Shown piece after piece: positions 26,261 through 39,680 of a stretch of DNA of 64,000 nt (within the stretch, counting starts at the first letter, position 1; each line of letters starts with the position of its first letter). A model generated the notes under the pieces. It worked only from the letters and a program-made list of their open reading frames with translations. It did no database searches and had not been told where the DNA came from. The DNA is from Lytechinus pictus. Taxonomy: Eukaryota. Location: NCBI RefSeq assembly GCF_037042905.1, contig NC_087245.1, forward strand, positions 17,920,001 to 17,984,000, in the 5' to 3' direction. The translations under genes and the position numbers were made by a program.

Positions 26261-28470
26261 ATAAGCAGGTAGGAATAGAATGAATCTTTCCACGGATACG
26301 AGATAAACGAAGTTAAATTAGTCCCCTGAATTGTTTTAAAGAAAATAAATTAATTCATAAACAAAACTGAAGAAAGTGAAATAAATCCCTAAAACGGTAT
26401 TACACAAAATAAACCCCAAACTTAAGGTTTCATACCATGGATATAATTGTATTGTATTTTGATTTTCGTAAAGGATATTATGACCCATTTAGTCTTAATG
26501 TAAAATAAAAATACAACATAACCCGCATCTGAAATGGGTATCCTTTCCACAAAATGACCCAACAGGTGCAACGGTGCAGATTTTTCATTTATGTCTTCAT
26601 AGACACCCCTCAGAACCAAATATGACTACTTGCAGGGATTGGGTATTAAAGCAGCCGTCAAATATTGAAGAAAAAATGTACCAGTAAAAATTCTCAACAC
26701 TTTTTTTGCATTTCCCAAGCCCCAAATGATTATTTCCTCTGTATATCTATGGCCATGAATTATGATTTATTTATTGATGATTCGTTCGAGAAATGAATGA
26801 CCCTTAATTGTTGCCTCTTGGAATTTGAAAATCTTATACCGATCTCTTTTAGGATCCATGCTTTTAGCAAGCCTCGTTTCTACTGGGGGCTACACCCCTT
26901 TTTCAAGGCTGTAATCTTCGCGTCCCTGGGCAACACCCCACTTCAGCCATCGGATAGAATATGCCTTTCAATCCATACTTTGTTATGGGGTTTTAACACT
27001 ATATAGGATAATGGTAATCCAGAATCATTCGCGCAGCTTGAAACGATTAGGAGCTAAGTATTGATAAATATTATACAATAGGAATAAATAGATTTTGGAA
27101 GAAAAGTCGTCGCGGGGCATGTCTCTGAAAGGAAAAAAGGACTATCTATTTTCATACCAACATTTGAATGGAAAGAGCAAATTGTGAGCACGTAGTTACT
27201 TGGTAACAATACTCCGCTTTATCTATTTTTATTCCAATATTTTAATGGAAAGAGCACAGTGTGAACACGTAGTTATACTTGGTAACAGTACTCTGCTTTA
27301 ACATGACCGTGTTAAAAAGGGAGTATTTTTTCACACATTGCGTTCACACTGTGTCATGCTGTATTCTTTCCCATAGTGGTAGAAAGAATTTGGACCCATA
27401 ATCCTCGTCTCCTAGCGCCTTCAGTCCACCTCCTTCTCAACAATTTCTGCAGAATGTTGATCAAAGGTACGCACGATTTTAAGTTCTCCAAGTTTTTCAG
27501 GGACTTATAGGTCGACAGGTAGGTTGAAATATATAGTTTTCTAAGGGAATGGTGCGAGACCCAGGCAATGTATGGGTAAGCGGATTTTCATGAATTCCCC
27601 CATGTCGGATATGAAAAGGAAAAAAAACGCTATCGGCATTTTGCAAGATTGGCACTTACTCCCTTCTTCGCCTCAAGGATGCTGGGAGTCGAGCCAGCTG
27701 ATTTGCAGAAGTATGCCTTATTCTCCTAGGCATCATGCCAGATTACCCTTTTCCCATTTTGAGTGTGCCTAAGTGTTCAAAGGTTGTCATTAGAAGAGTT
27801 TGTGACAAAAAAAGTGATCAACAGGCTTTAGACTATTTGCTCCTTAATAAATCCTATAAAAGGTCCTTGACATGGCGTGGGTCTTAATAATCTCTTCAGA
27901 TTATTTGTAGTCATCATTAGCATCAGTTTCCCATCCCACTCCCTATAGTTAATAAGCTTATATTCACTTTTCATCAGTATGAAAATCAAATCCCAAACCC
28001 TGATCGGCATGACCAGTGCACAACAATATTACCACACAATCTCCATGGTTGAATGAAGTCGCCATATCGCATCACGTGCAGTTAGCTCCCACCAAGTTTA
28101 TGAACTCCATATCTACTTTGAAGGGCTTTGAAGCGATACAGGCTACATATCAAGTTAGATGCGCATGTCGGAACTCTTTCAAACTATAAAGGGATTCGGC
28201 TACAAAGGGCTATCCAAGAGGAATCTATACAGTGCGTATAAAAAAAAACGGGACAGTTTTGAAAAGTCTATAAAAAATTGTTTCAAATTATTATATCTAT
28301 ATTTTGATGTTAATAGATGCTCTGAGATGTTATCTTTGAAATGCCATTTAAAGAAATAAATTTTGTTCATGCTTGAGCGAACACGGGACGTTTTTGTCGG
28401 GGGTTCAAAAAAGGCTTGCGCCAAAATGGCAGCAATGAGACATTTGATAATTAGACTTTTGGCTAATCGG

Positions 28471-30724
28471 CATGGGCGGAAATCTGTCCCGAAAGGTAAG
28501 GGGGACAACAGGGGCTGATCCAGCCTTCGCCAATAGGGGGGGGGGCGAAAACATTTTCAGCCATATGTTAATCCCCGATCGGCCGCTCGAAGGTAATTTT
28601 TGTCTGTTTCATTGAAGGAGTAGTCCTCATGGTCACTCTTTAGCTTTATTCTTATAAATCAACATAAATATATGATATCATTGTCCTTATTTATATAATT
28701 GCGAGCGCGAAGCGCGAGCAAATTTTTTTTGGAAAATTTATGTATTTTTTTCCTAAAATTTGAACATTCTGGGCAATGTTTGTTATCCTGAGAAAGATGT
28801 ATATACAACTAAATATTTACTACGACCGCGAAGTGCGAGCAGAGGTTAATTGATGGATAAGGTACCTGTTAAAGACTGCTTGCAATTAGCCATGAAGACG
28901 TTATATATTTCAACAATCAAATAATGCGAGCGCGAAGCGCGAGCTGAAATTTTTTGAAATTTTAACCTAAAGACTGGAAATTTTAAGCACTTTTTGTAAC
29001 TTAAACATATGATAGGTATATAACTAAACAATTGATGCGAACGCGAAGCGCGAGCGGACAGTTTTGAGATTTAGACCTAAGAACGAGACACTCTATTCAT
29101 GTTTTGTAAATCATGGAAAGGATGAGTAATTGGGTGTCTTTCTTACACCCGGTCCTTACATTAATAAAGCGAGTGCAAAATGCAGCCAGAAAATTTTCAT
29201 ATACGTTTAATTTGAATTGATCGAAAAGGTACTTGTTAAGGACTGCTTGCACTTAGCCATGAAGACGTTACATATCAATGCTAGCGCGAATCGCGAGCTG
29301 AAAATTTTTGACATTTTTTCAAAAAGAATCGAAAATTTTAATCAATTTTTGTAATCGTGAACAGGGTAGCTATATAACTAAACAATTGATGTAAGCGAAG
29401 CGTGAGCAGAAAAATTCGAGATTTAGACCTAAAAACGGGACACTCTACTCATGTTTTGTAAATCATGAAAAGGATGAGTAACAGGGGATCTTTCTACATT
29501 AATAATGCGAGCACAAAGCGCGAGCAGAAAATTTTTGATATTGTGATCTGAAACTGGATGATTTAAATAGAGAACAAATTGAAAATCTGAATAAACATGA
29601 GCGCGTTTCAGATTTAGACCTAGAATCTCGGCATTTTACACATCTATTAGCGAGCGCGAAGCGCGAGCTTAAACTATTTCATATTCCGATCTGAAAAAAA
29701 AGAGTCAATTTCAGCTATATATTTCAAGCACTTTGTAGGAAAATTGTGAGGTGGATATGGATCACACTTAATAAAGAGCTGATATTTTTCATTATTATTT
29801 GAGTTTTGACATAGGACAGGGACATCCTTAGGACAAGCCATATGAAAATGATGACTATCTTCCTATTCCTCTTACTAAGCGCGAGATGAAACAAAAGGGA
29901 CAATTTAATCATTAAATTGATATCTTATTTATTAATGCATAATGCGGGCGAGAAATATGATGATATTATGGACTGAAAACTGGACATTTCAAGCACTAAT
30001 TTGTAATTAGGAATAGAATGCATCAGTTAAAATATTTTTAACCATCAATGCGAGCGCAAATCGCGAGCCAAAATCTTTGATAAACTGTCATGAAAATCAA
30101 TATTGAGACATACATAAATCGCCTATCAAAATACGAGTAGCACTATCTGCTACGTTTTGACAATCAGACTTGAAAAGGGATATTTTCAAACTGAATGGAA
30201 TACTCAAAAATAATAGGTACTGAATAAATCGAATTTTGCGAGCGCTCAGTGCGAGTAGAAAATGTCAATATTCAGACCATAAAGCTGTAACTTTTACAGA
30301 TCACTTTTTTAAAGATCCGTTTGTAAATCACACAAAATAATGAAAGTTCGATTTCCGAGGTGAAATGTATAATGTATATTGACTTCCAAACATGATATTT
30401 AAGTTCCATATTGAAAAATCACCTAACAGGCAATGCGAGCGCGAAGCGCGAGCGAAAATTTTATATAGTGACATGAAAGATTCTTTTTATTTTCCAGGTT
30501 TTCCCCTCATCTTATTTTATTCACTCTGGAAAATTTGACAAGCAAAAAAACAAAGGTTTTCACCCAAAATGTAAGGTCATTTAGTCCAAAATACATGTAT
30601 TATGTCGAATGTGAATTTTTCTCCATCATAAAAGACCAAAAATAGTAGGGGGGACATTTGATATTGTGTCCCCCCTACTATTTTTGGTAGGGGGGACACG
30701 TCCCCTCTGGGATTTCCGCCCATG
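28471..30724. mobile_element. hAT-like composite element nested in 28230-32229
   Basis: TIR CATGGGCGGAAATC / GATTTCCGCCCATG; perfect TSD CTAATCGG (28463-28470, 30725-30732). Confidence 0.9.
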
Positions 30725-31389
30725 CTAATCGGCAGACTTCCTCTTAATCTTTTCATTGTCTTTGCCATAAATTTCGAATTATGCTGTCAAATTTTGTTTA
30801 CAAATTTATCATTTACCTGAATTATTTTGTTTTTTATTTAAACTGTCACCTTTGAATTTTCCTTCATAAGCAAGAAAATAAGACTTTTTGTCAACCTGAG
30901 TAAGAAGGTTTGCATTATTAATTGGGAGAATTTGTAATTATTCAAATCCTTTTATTTTGTGAAACAAATAATGTTATGGTACCTTTAAAAGACATGAATC
31001 CTATTTTCAAGGGGTTATTGAATCCTTCACCAAGTTTATGTGCTTGACAGGACTAACAGGAAAGGAGATCATGTCTTTTAACGGCAATGGTGTATTGAGT
31101 CAATTTTGAGGGAGCAAGACATGGCAGATCGGGAAAAATGTATTAAAAAGTTGTGAAGCCATCAAGCAAAAATGTGAACTTTCTTTTATATCAAAATATA
31201 AATTTTGTGATTTTGACATAATATTCAGGAAATGATATCATATTTCACTTTCTATGTTTTCTGTTATTTTTCTTTCCACTTTTTTTTTCTTGGTCATGAT
31301 TTTTTTTTTATTGGGGGGGGGGGGAGCACCCAAGCCCCCATCCATCAGTATGCCACTGTTCAAAGGAACCATAACCTTTGTAGCACACA

Positions 31390-31481
31390 CACTAGCGTAC
31401 CTACGGGGGGGGGCAGGGGGGCACTCTGCCCCCCCTGACGAGTCAAAACCCATGCAAAAACGTATCTGACGAGCTTGAAGA

Positions 31482-31516
<35 letters not shown>

Positions 31517-31765
31517 TGTCAATTTTTTTTCTGGTACGAAATGCTTTATTTGTGATCGAAGACCTTTTTTTTTGCTTGTCAATTTTTTTCTGGTACGAAA
31601 TCCTTTATTTGTGATCGAAGACCTTTTTTTTTTTTTTTTTGCTTGTCAATTTTTTTCTGGTACGAAATCCTGTATTATTATTATTATTATTTTTTTTTTT
31701 TTGCTTGTCAAATTTTTTGGCGGACGGTTTTGCCCCCCCTGTGGAAAATCCTAGGTACGCCACTG
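31390..31765. mobile_element. hAT-like MITE nested in 28230-32229
   Basis: CACTAGCGTACCTA / TAGGTACGCCACTG; TSD AGCACACA; internal ~60-bp tandem repeats (TTGCTTGTCAATTTTTTTCTGGTACGAAAT). Confidence 0.85.
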
Positions 31766-32511
31766 AGCACACAGTCAAAGGATTTGAAGAAAAAAAAAAC
31801 ACTCTCCCATACTTCGGTTTTAAAAAAATTGTTCTTGCCCAAAGAAGGAATATTCAAAGCTAAAAGGGAACATATTAAAAAGGAACAACAGAACAATTCA
31901 AGCAAATAAGTAGATTTGGAAATTAATTTTGACCGCATAATTTGAAAACAATGGCAAATATTATGAAAAGGTAAAGAGGACGTCTGCTGATTAGCAAGAA
32001 GTCCAACCATCATATTTATCATTTTATGCCATTTTGGCGCAAGCCTCCTTTTTAACCCCAGACAAAAACATTCCATGTTCGCTCAAACATGAACTAAACT
32101 AAATTATTTTAATGGCATTTGAAGGATAAGACCTCAGAGCATCTATTGACACAAAAATATAGAAATCATAATTTGAAATAAAAATTTTATAGACTATTCA
32201 AATCTGTCCCGTTTTTTTTTTACGCACTGTATAGAGATTGTTGAAAACACATAACGAAATATTATGTTTTGCCCGACAAAGCACCGACCATATTGATACC
32301 TTTTTAAATGAAATAAAAGTAGGACTAGGACCCCCTCAACCCCCCTCTCGTCTCCGACCCTCTTTTGGGGTTGTGTTATGGGCGAACTGATCAGATTTTA
32401 GACCACATCTTTTAAACATGTGATTTATGATACCATCTTTCATTATCTCAGACGATGAATAATCTATGAAAATGCAATGGACTTTACCAAGACTTGACTT
32501 AAAGACGCTTA

Positions 32512-34121
32512 CAGTGCGTATAAAAAAAAACGGGACAGATTTGAAATATCTATTAAATTTTTGTTTCAAATTATGATGTCTATATTTTGGTGTTAATAGG
32601 TGCTCTGAAGTCTTATCTTTCAAATGCCATTTGAAAAAAATTGTTTTGTTCATGCTTGAGCGAACACGGAATGTTTTTGTATGGGGTTAAAAAGGAGGCT
32701 TGCGCCAAAATGGCATAAAATGATAGATATGATGATCGGAATTCTTGCTAATCAGCAGACTTCCTCTTAACCTTTTTATTATCTTTGCCATGCGGTCAAA
32801 ATTCATTTTCAAATCTGTTTTTTTTTGTGCTTGAATTGTTCTGTTGTTGTTTCTTTTGAATATGTTCTCTTTTAGCTTTGAATATTCCTTCTTTAACAAA
32901 AACAATTTTTTTTCAACCGAAGTATGGGAGAGCGTGTATTTTTTTTTCAAATCCTTTCATTGTGTGCTACAAAGGTTATGGTGCCTTTGAACAGTGGCAT
33001 ACAGATGGGCGGGGGCTCGGGGTGCTCCCCCAATAACAAAAAGTGGAAAGGAAGTAAAAGGAAAGATAGAAAGTGAAAGATGATTTATTTTCTGAATATT
33101 ATGTCAAAATCTATCGCAGAATTGAATATTTTAATAAAAAAGTGGAAATTTTTGCTTGCTCGCTTCGCTCGCTCACAACTTTTTTTTTTAAATTTATCCG
33201 ATCTGCCATATCTAGCTCCTTCTAAATTGACTTAACATCATTGCCATTGAAAAACATGGATCCTTTCCTGTTTGTCCTGTCAAGCACATAATTAAACTTG
33301 GTCAAGGAATCAATAACCCCTTGAAAATAGGACTTGTGTTTTTTAAAGGTACCATAACATAATTTTTTCACATAATAATTTTTTTCACATGGGTGCGTCG
33401 CGGTCTAGTGGTTCTGACTCTCGCCTTTGAATCAGAGAGTCGTGGGTTCGAATCCCAACCATGGTGTATTTTCCTTCAGCAAGAAATTTATCCACACTGT
33501 GCTGCACTCGACCCAGGTGAGGTGATTGGGTACCCGGCAGGAGTAATTCCTTGCATGCACTGAGCGCCGGTGAACATGGTAGCTCGAGCTAAAGCCGGGG
33601 TAATAATAGCAGCGCTTTGTATCCTCAGGCAAAAAGCGCTTTATAAATCCAGCTAGTATTATTATTATCATTATTAATAAAATACAATTTGAATAATTAC
33701 AAGTTCTCCCAATTAATAATGCAAATCTTCTTGCTTGGGTTGACAAAAAGTCTTCTTTTCTTACTTATGAAGGAAAATTCAAAGGTTAAAGAAGTTTTAT
33801 GAAAAAACAAAATAATTCAAGCAAAGAAATAAATTTGTTAATGAAATTTGACACCATAATTCGAAAATCATGGCAAAGATAATAAAAAGGTTAAGAGGAA
33901 GTCTGCTGATTAGCAAGAATTCCGATCATCATATCTATCATTTTATGCCATTTTGGCGCAAGCCTCCTTTTTAACCCCATACAAAAACATTCCGTGTTCG
34001 CTCAAGCATGAACAAAACAATTTTTTTCAAATGGCATTTGAAAGATAAGACTTCAGAGCACCTATTGACACTAAAATATAGACATCATACTTTAAATAAA
34101 AAATTTAATAGACTTTCCAAA
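32512..34121. mobile_element. Second copy of the TA-flanked element, inverted relative to the first, right tip missing
   Basis: TA|CAGTGCGTATAAAAAAAAACGGGACAG start; arms about 32512-32790 and 33870-34121 are near-perfect inverted repeats; internal sequence is the reverse complement of that in 28230-32229. Confidence 0.85.
33391..33680 (+). mobile_element. tRNA-derived SINE, full length
   Basis: A-box-like CGGTCTAGTGG, B-box GGTTCGAATCC, body, and (TAT)n tail; absent from the sister element copy at 28230-32229. Confidence 0.85.
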
Positions 34122-34725
34122 TACGATATGGGTTGTTACTGGCTTAAAGCACGATGAACACTGAATGGGGTATTGTTTGTTTCCAACAAATAGAAGAACT
34201 GGTGACGCCTATTGTTCAGGCCCAGTGACTAGGTTCGAATTTATTGTCATCGTATCGAACAGAATAACCTGAATGAACTGACCAAGTCTCCTATACGTCA
34301 CCGATTCCACATATGCCGTCTATTTATGTGGAGAAATATACATGTTGTCGTGTGAATGCATGTGTAATGGCCTGTTTGATGTTTACACCAACACCCTGAC
34401 CTACGCCAACCGGTAGTAAATTTACAGTCACGTGACTCTCATGCTGTTGGAATTACATGCAATTATACACTGAAGGAAGACGATGGGGAACTAGCGAGAT
34501 ACATAATTTCGACTGATTGCTAATTGAGTGGATGTGCATTATCTTCAATGAGATTGAGCTACTTCCCCATTATATTCCAATGGATTCTTTCGTATATTTC
34601 AGGTAAGATACTATACATAAATAATCATCAATGCACGTCGTTCGAATTCAGTAAATAATGGTTAAAAAAAAATCGTGGGTTTTTATTGATTTCATCGTAA
34701 CACCATAACTAAGAGAACAAGTTGT

Positions 34726-34885
34726 ATGGTAGAAGTAGTAGCAGAAGATGTAGAAGAAGTAGTAGTAGTAGTGGTAGTGGTAGTAGTAGTGGTAGTATAA
34801 TTATTATTGTTATTATTAATATTATTAGTAGTAGTAGTAGTAGTAGTAGTACTAGTAGTAGTAGTAGTAGTAGTAGTAATAGTAA

Positions 34886-34918
<33 letters not shown>

Positions 34919-34979
34919 CAGTAGCAGAAGCAGTAGTAGTAGTAGTAGGTATTAGTAGTAGTATTAGTATTATTATTAT

Positions 34980-35057
<78 letters not shown>
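34726..35057. repeat. (AGT)n microsatellite
   Basis: Long AGT run with ATT/AGC variants. Confidence 0.95.
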
Positions 35058-35828
35058 CATAATGGTTAGTCGCGTGCATTTGAGTGTCCGAAAGTCTACA
35101 CACACAGCTTCAACACGGGGAACAGTGGATTTCATGAACGTAATATTGCAGAAATCCGGGTATATCTTTACAACTATTAATAATCTCACACCAGATTGAT
35201 AATAGTGTGAAAATTCTATCCAATTCCATTTATTTGATGTAAATATTATTACACTTAATTCACTCGAAAGTGTTCATGTTCACAACTCTTGCTATGGCAA
35301 ACGGTCTGAAACCATCCATATTTTCGAGACACTGGCACCTTTGTTTTCCCAGTGGAATATCCCTAAGGGTAAAAAAGGTCGAGATTGATTGTCATCTCAA
35401 TGCTAAATAGATTACCTACAGTTTGATGTATAATACTTTATGACTGGTATAATGGTTACATCTCAATTTTCTCCCAAACTTTAAGATCGAGCAGGCAGAA
35501 CATGGCATATTTCTGTGTACAACGTCACGTGACTAACGTATGATAGTTTCCGTTCCTAGACCTTTCTCATTTGAAACAATTAATACAGTCCAAACAAACT
35601 TACTTAACGCATTTAATGTTGAAAGTAACAATGTTCTTGTACTATAAAGCTTTGCCTATATACTGATATTTATAATATAGCTACAGTTTGAGGAAGCAAA
35701 TATCGAGTCCGGAATTGATTTTGATTTACAATATAGTCTGCGTAAGTATACTATATACATATACTAGCAGGCTAGCATCGTCTGCTAAGTAAACCAAAAT
35801 GAGCGAACATGACCGAAACTAACCATTA

Positions 35829-35876
35829 TGTAGTAGTAGTAGAAGTAGGAGTAGTAGGAGTAGTAGGAGTAGTAGC

Positions 35877-35917
<41 letters not shown>

Positions 35918-35927
35918 CAGCAGCAGC

Positions 35928-35962
<35 letters not shown>

Positions 35963-35978
35963 CAGCAGTAGAAGTAGA
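35829..35978. repeat. (AGT)n microsatellite
   Basis: AGT/AGC/AGG run. Confidence 0.95.
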
Positions 35979-36961
35979 ATTAGTCAATGTGGTAGACATT
36001 GGGGGATGGGATGGGTGATGCATCCCCCAACTTTCATGATGGGTGAGGCTGTGCACAATCATCCCCCCCCCCCCGATTCAAGGTAGAAAAAATGTAATAT
36101 TTGTATATTATATAGATTTGTAGTAACTAATGCCTAGTAATTACCATTATTATCATCATTATTTATAATCATTGTTGTTAATATAGTTATCATTATATTT
36201 ACATTATTCAATCAAAACAGTCAGAAAAGTTGAGAGTGCTTTTTCTCGCTCAATCTCGATGTTCTGTTTAAAAAAAATGGAGGAGGATATGAGTACACAC
36301 ATATGTACATGGTATATACACACACACATACATGGGAGCTTGGAAGTCACTCCCCCCCCCCTTCCAAAGAAAAAGGTGAATAAGTAAATGAATAAGAATA
36401 TATAAACAAATAAAATAAATAAGATTTAAAATTAAATAAATAATGAATGAAAATAAAATACAAAATGTACACAACGTACAGAAAAAGAAAAGCAAAGCAA
36501 AAACTGTGAAGAATTATATTATTTTCTGAATATCATGTGAAAATCTTTTTATATTTCAAAGGTGAAATGTTTGCTTTAAACAATTTTGCCATATTCCATC
36601 TTCTTCAACCCTAAAATGTTTGGCTTATTACGTCACTGCACACATCCTATCAATCAAGTATTAAGGGGGGTTCTTCTTTTCCATGTCATATACCTTCGAT
36701 GATTATTCATTTAAGCATGAGTGACCAAAACTGAGGCAAAACAATTTTTAAATCGATTCTAAAAAGTGATTGCGCGGGCGGTATATAAATTTCAAGAAGA
36801 AAATCACTTGTCTAAGAAGTGCGAGATCTGCTCCTTAATATGATACCCCAATCAAAGAAAAAATCCCAGGAATAGCAAATTTCTTTTCTTTCAAATAACG
36901 TTTTGATTGTTTTTCAAAATTTCGAAAGAAAATTACCCAGGAATAGCAAAGTTATTTTCTT

Positions 36962-37557
36962 TTAAGGGGATTGTCCAGACTGGAGATATTTATATCTCAA
37001 TAAATAGAGTAAAATTCACAAAGCAAAATGCTGAGAATTTGATCAAAATCGGATAACAATTAACGAAGTTATTGAATTTCAAATATTTGCATTAGTCCGG
37101 CAAAACAATTCTGGGCATGTCTTCATGACTATTCATTAGGTGGGCTGATAATGTCATATCCCCAATTATTATTTTGTATTTTATTATATGAAATTAGGTT
37201 TATTAAAAAAATTTCTACTAAGAACTGAAAAAAAGAACTGATTAAGTGCATTAGTTAAGTATTGCCGCAACTTATTTCATCATAATGAAGACACATCATT
37301 TACACATGTATGAAAAAATGAAACAATTATGATTTCATGTAATTTAAGAAAAAGGAAAAGGGGATATGACATCAGCCCATCTAATGAATATTCATGACGA
37401 TGCACAAATAACTGTTTTCACAAACATTGACACAATTTAAAATTCAATAACTTTGTTAATTGTTATCCGATTTTGATGAAATTCTCAGCATTTTGCTTTG
37501 TGAATTTTACTCTATTTATTCAGATATAAATATTTTCAGCCCGGACCATCCCTTTAA
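36962..37557. mobile_element. TTAA-type MITE family A, full length, diverged
   Basis: TTAAGGGGATTGTCC ... GGACCATCCCTTTAA with roughly 190-bp inverted arms. Confidence 0.85.
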
Positions 37558-38316
37558 ATAGAAAGGGATCTCACTAGCATTTGGTGCACTTTTTCCGACC
37601 CCCTTACTAAAAATAAACTAGACACACCCCCTGATTTCATGGGTCATGAATCAACAAATAGCTTGCTTCCATGCAGTGCTCCCAACCCCATAGAGCATTA
37701 GAATAATATACTAATAAACATGAATAGAGATTAAAATGATTCGGGTTGAAGGTATTCCCTTTTCATTGATGTCTGGTATGACCTTATCCAGCTATGAGTG
37801 CTAAGGGTTTTTATCATGGGTCTCACATTTGAAAAGAAATATGAATGAAACTCAATAGAGTCAATAGAGTAGAAACAGCCATTTTGAACACGGCCATTTA
37901 ACAATCGTTTTTGCATCACACAACACTGAAAATAATATTATTTACTCTGATTTGGAGAGATACCCAATGTGAGATCAAGTTGATTCGACTAATACAGGAG
38001 TGTGCGTTATGTCCTCCTATTCACATTTCAGTGTGTAAAAACAAAATATAACAAAACCGATGAATTAATTGTTATATGGAGATAGAAGATAGGTGATATA
38101 GGCTCATTAATATAAGCTTAGTAATATGCTAAGTGATATACCAAGTGATATACTTAGCGATATGTCAACTGATGAAACTGGTTCACAGGTAATACTAGTT
38201 GACTAGTTTTAGTACTGTAAGTTGTTTATAATGAATATTTTACCTTCATGTGTTTACCTTTTTAGCACTTGCAGGTATATACAGATCGATCTGCTAGAAT
38301 AACATAGATACATGTG

Positions 38317-38615
38317 CACTGGCGGATCCGGGGGGGGGGGGGGGCACAGCCGGCCCGTGCCCCCCCCCCCCCCCTTGAGAAGCAAAGTTAAAATTTGTAA
38401 TGTAAAAAATTCGTTAAAACAGAAGTGTGCCCCCCCCCCCCCCCCCCCCCCGTTTTGAAAATGAAGGCCTTTTTTCTCTCTTTTTTTTGCTAGTCAATTT
38501 TTTCTGGGACGAAATATCCTTATTTTTTAGTTAAAAACCTTCTTTTTTTGCTTGTCAAATTTTTCCTAGGAAAAAAGTGCCCCTCCCCCTTTGGGAAATC
38601 CTGGATCCGCCCCTG
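38317..38615. mobile_element. hAT-like MITE
   Basis: CACTGGCGGATCC / GGATCCGCCCCTG; TSD TACATGTG / CACATGTG. Confidence 0.85.
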
Positions 38616-39059
38616 CACATGTGTATATGTAGATTATTAACAATGGGCCTATTTAATTGAAATTCGGTTAATTGAATACAATAAAATGCAATACAGTAGC
38701 CCAAAGACTAATTATGTAAAAAAAAAATGATTTGCCTTTAGAGATTTCACATGTATGTACATTAAAAACAATAACAGTTGATTGATTGCTTGATTGAAAC
38801 ATTCATATAAACAAAAGTAAGATTTGATGTTATTAAAATTAGCTTGAAATGATAGTACGTATTTGACAATTCTTTCTTTTAATTTTTTAAAAGAATAGTA
38901 ATATTCAATTTTATATTTGCATCTTTATCCTAGCGTATGGTTACTAAGTACATTTTTTTTCTTTGTTCGAAAATGGTATGTCGCTCAATTTAAATCGCAA
39001 ACATGCGTAATATATCATCAAATCATTCAGAATCTATTATTGACATGCTTAGTCGTGTA

Positions 39060-39680
39060 AAATGACAGGAAGAAAACTCCGAGTAGAGCCAAAATTCGTG
39101 AGTTTCAAATTTTCGACCTTTTATTCCAGATCATCATCAGGAACTGACATTAACAGGAAAACTTGTATCTATATGGAATTAAATCAATTAAACAAGAAAG
39201 GTGAAGTAACTCTTGACTAATTAATAAGGTTACATAACATTACAGAAATGTAAAGTTTATTTTGTTTATGTAGAGGTCGAAAACGTTTTAGCACAATTAC
39301 AGTAGAACCACTAGAATAAAATAAATACACCTGTACATGAGTATAATTAGCTTATTAACAATGGACCCATTTTGGTACATAATTGGTCCCTCTTTCTCGA
39401 GTACTACTCAAAAGCAAGTCTCACCCCTGGATTCAATTATGTAGGTATTGACCATTAAATAAAATAGGATGTTTATTCGTGTACTTGAGAACTGTTCCCT
39501 TGTGAGTGTTTTTTTATAGAAGAACTCGTACAAATAGCTACATTCCAAACTCTTGTTTACGCTTTGGTTTATTCTTCCAGGGTGACGTGTTTCCTGTATT
39601 GGAATGCATAAATGTTTTTATACTGGGCTGTTGGTATTTAGATTGTGAAATGCAGTTGATAAAACCGTGACCAATGACCA
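39060..39680 (-). mobile_element. Decayed Penelope-like element fragment (GIY-YIG remnant + hammerhead core)
   Basis: Broken minus-strand frames read KNIYAFQY, TKR and SSIKKH; followed by CTGATGA-stem-GAAA at 39140-39111. Confidence 0.4.

Larger units (their letters stand above)
28230..32229. mobile_element. TA-flanked (Tc1/mariner-like) non-autonomous element carrying two nested insertions
   Basis: TA|CAGTGCGTATAAAAAAAAACGGGACAG ... CTGTCCCGTTTTTTTTTTACGCACTG|TA; long inverted arms. Confidence 0.85.

Noticed and set aside
33391..33470. Possible functional tRNA gene
   Set aside because: Continues into a SINE body and tail that recur at 56743 and 3123; acceptor stem is not intact.
34692..36062. 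Poly-S/V/T/L/Y ORFs
   Set aside because: Translations of (AGT)n microsatellites.
38329..38451. Poly-G/poly-C tracts as G-quadruplex regulatory elements
   Set aside because: They are standard subterminal homopolymers of these MITEs throughout the window; no locus-specific evidence.
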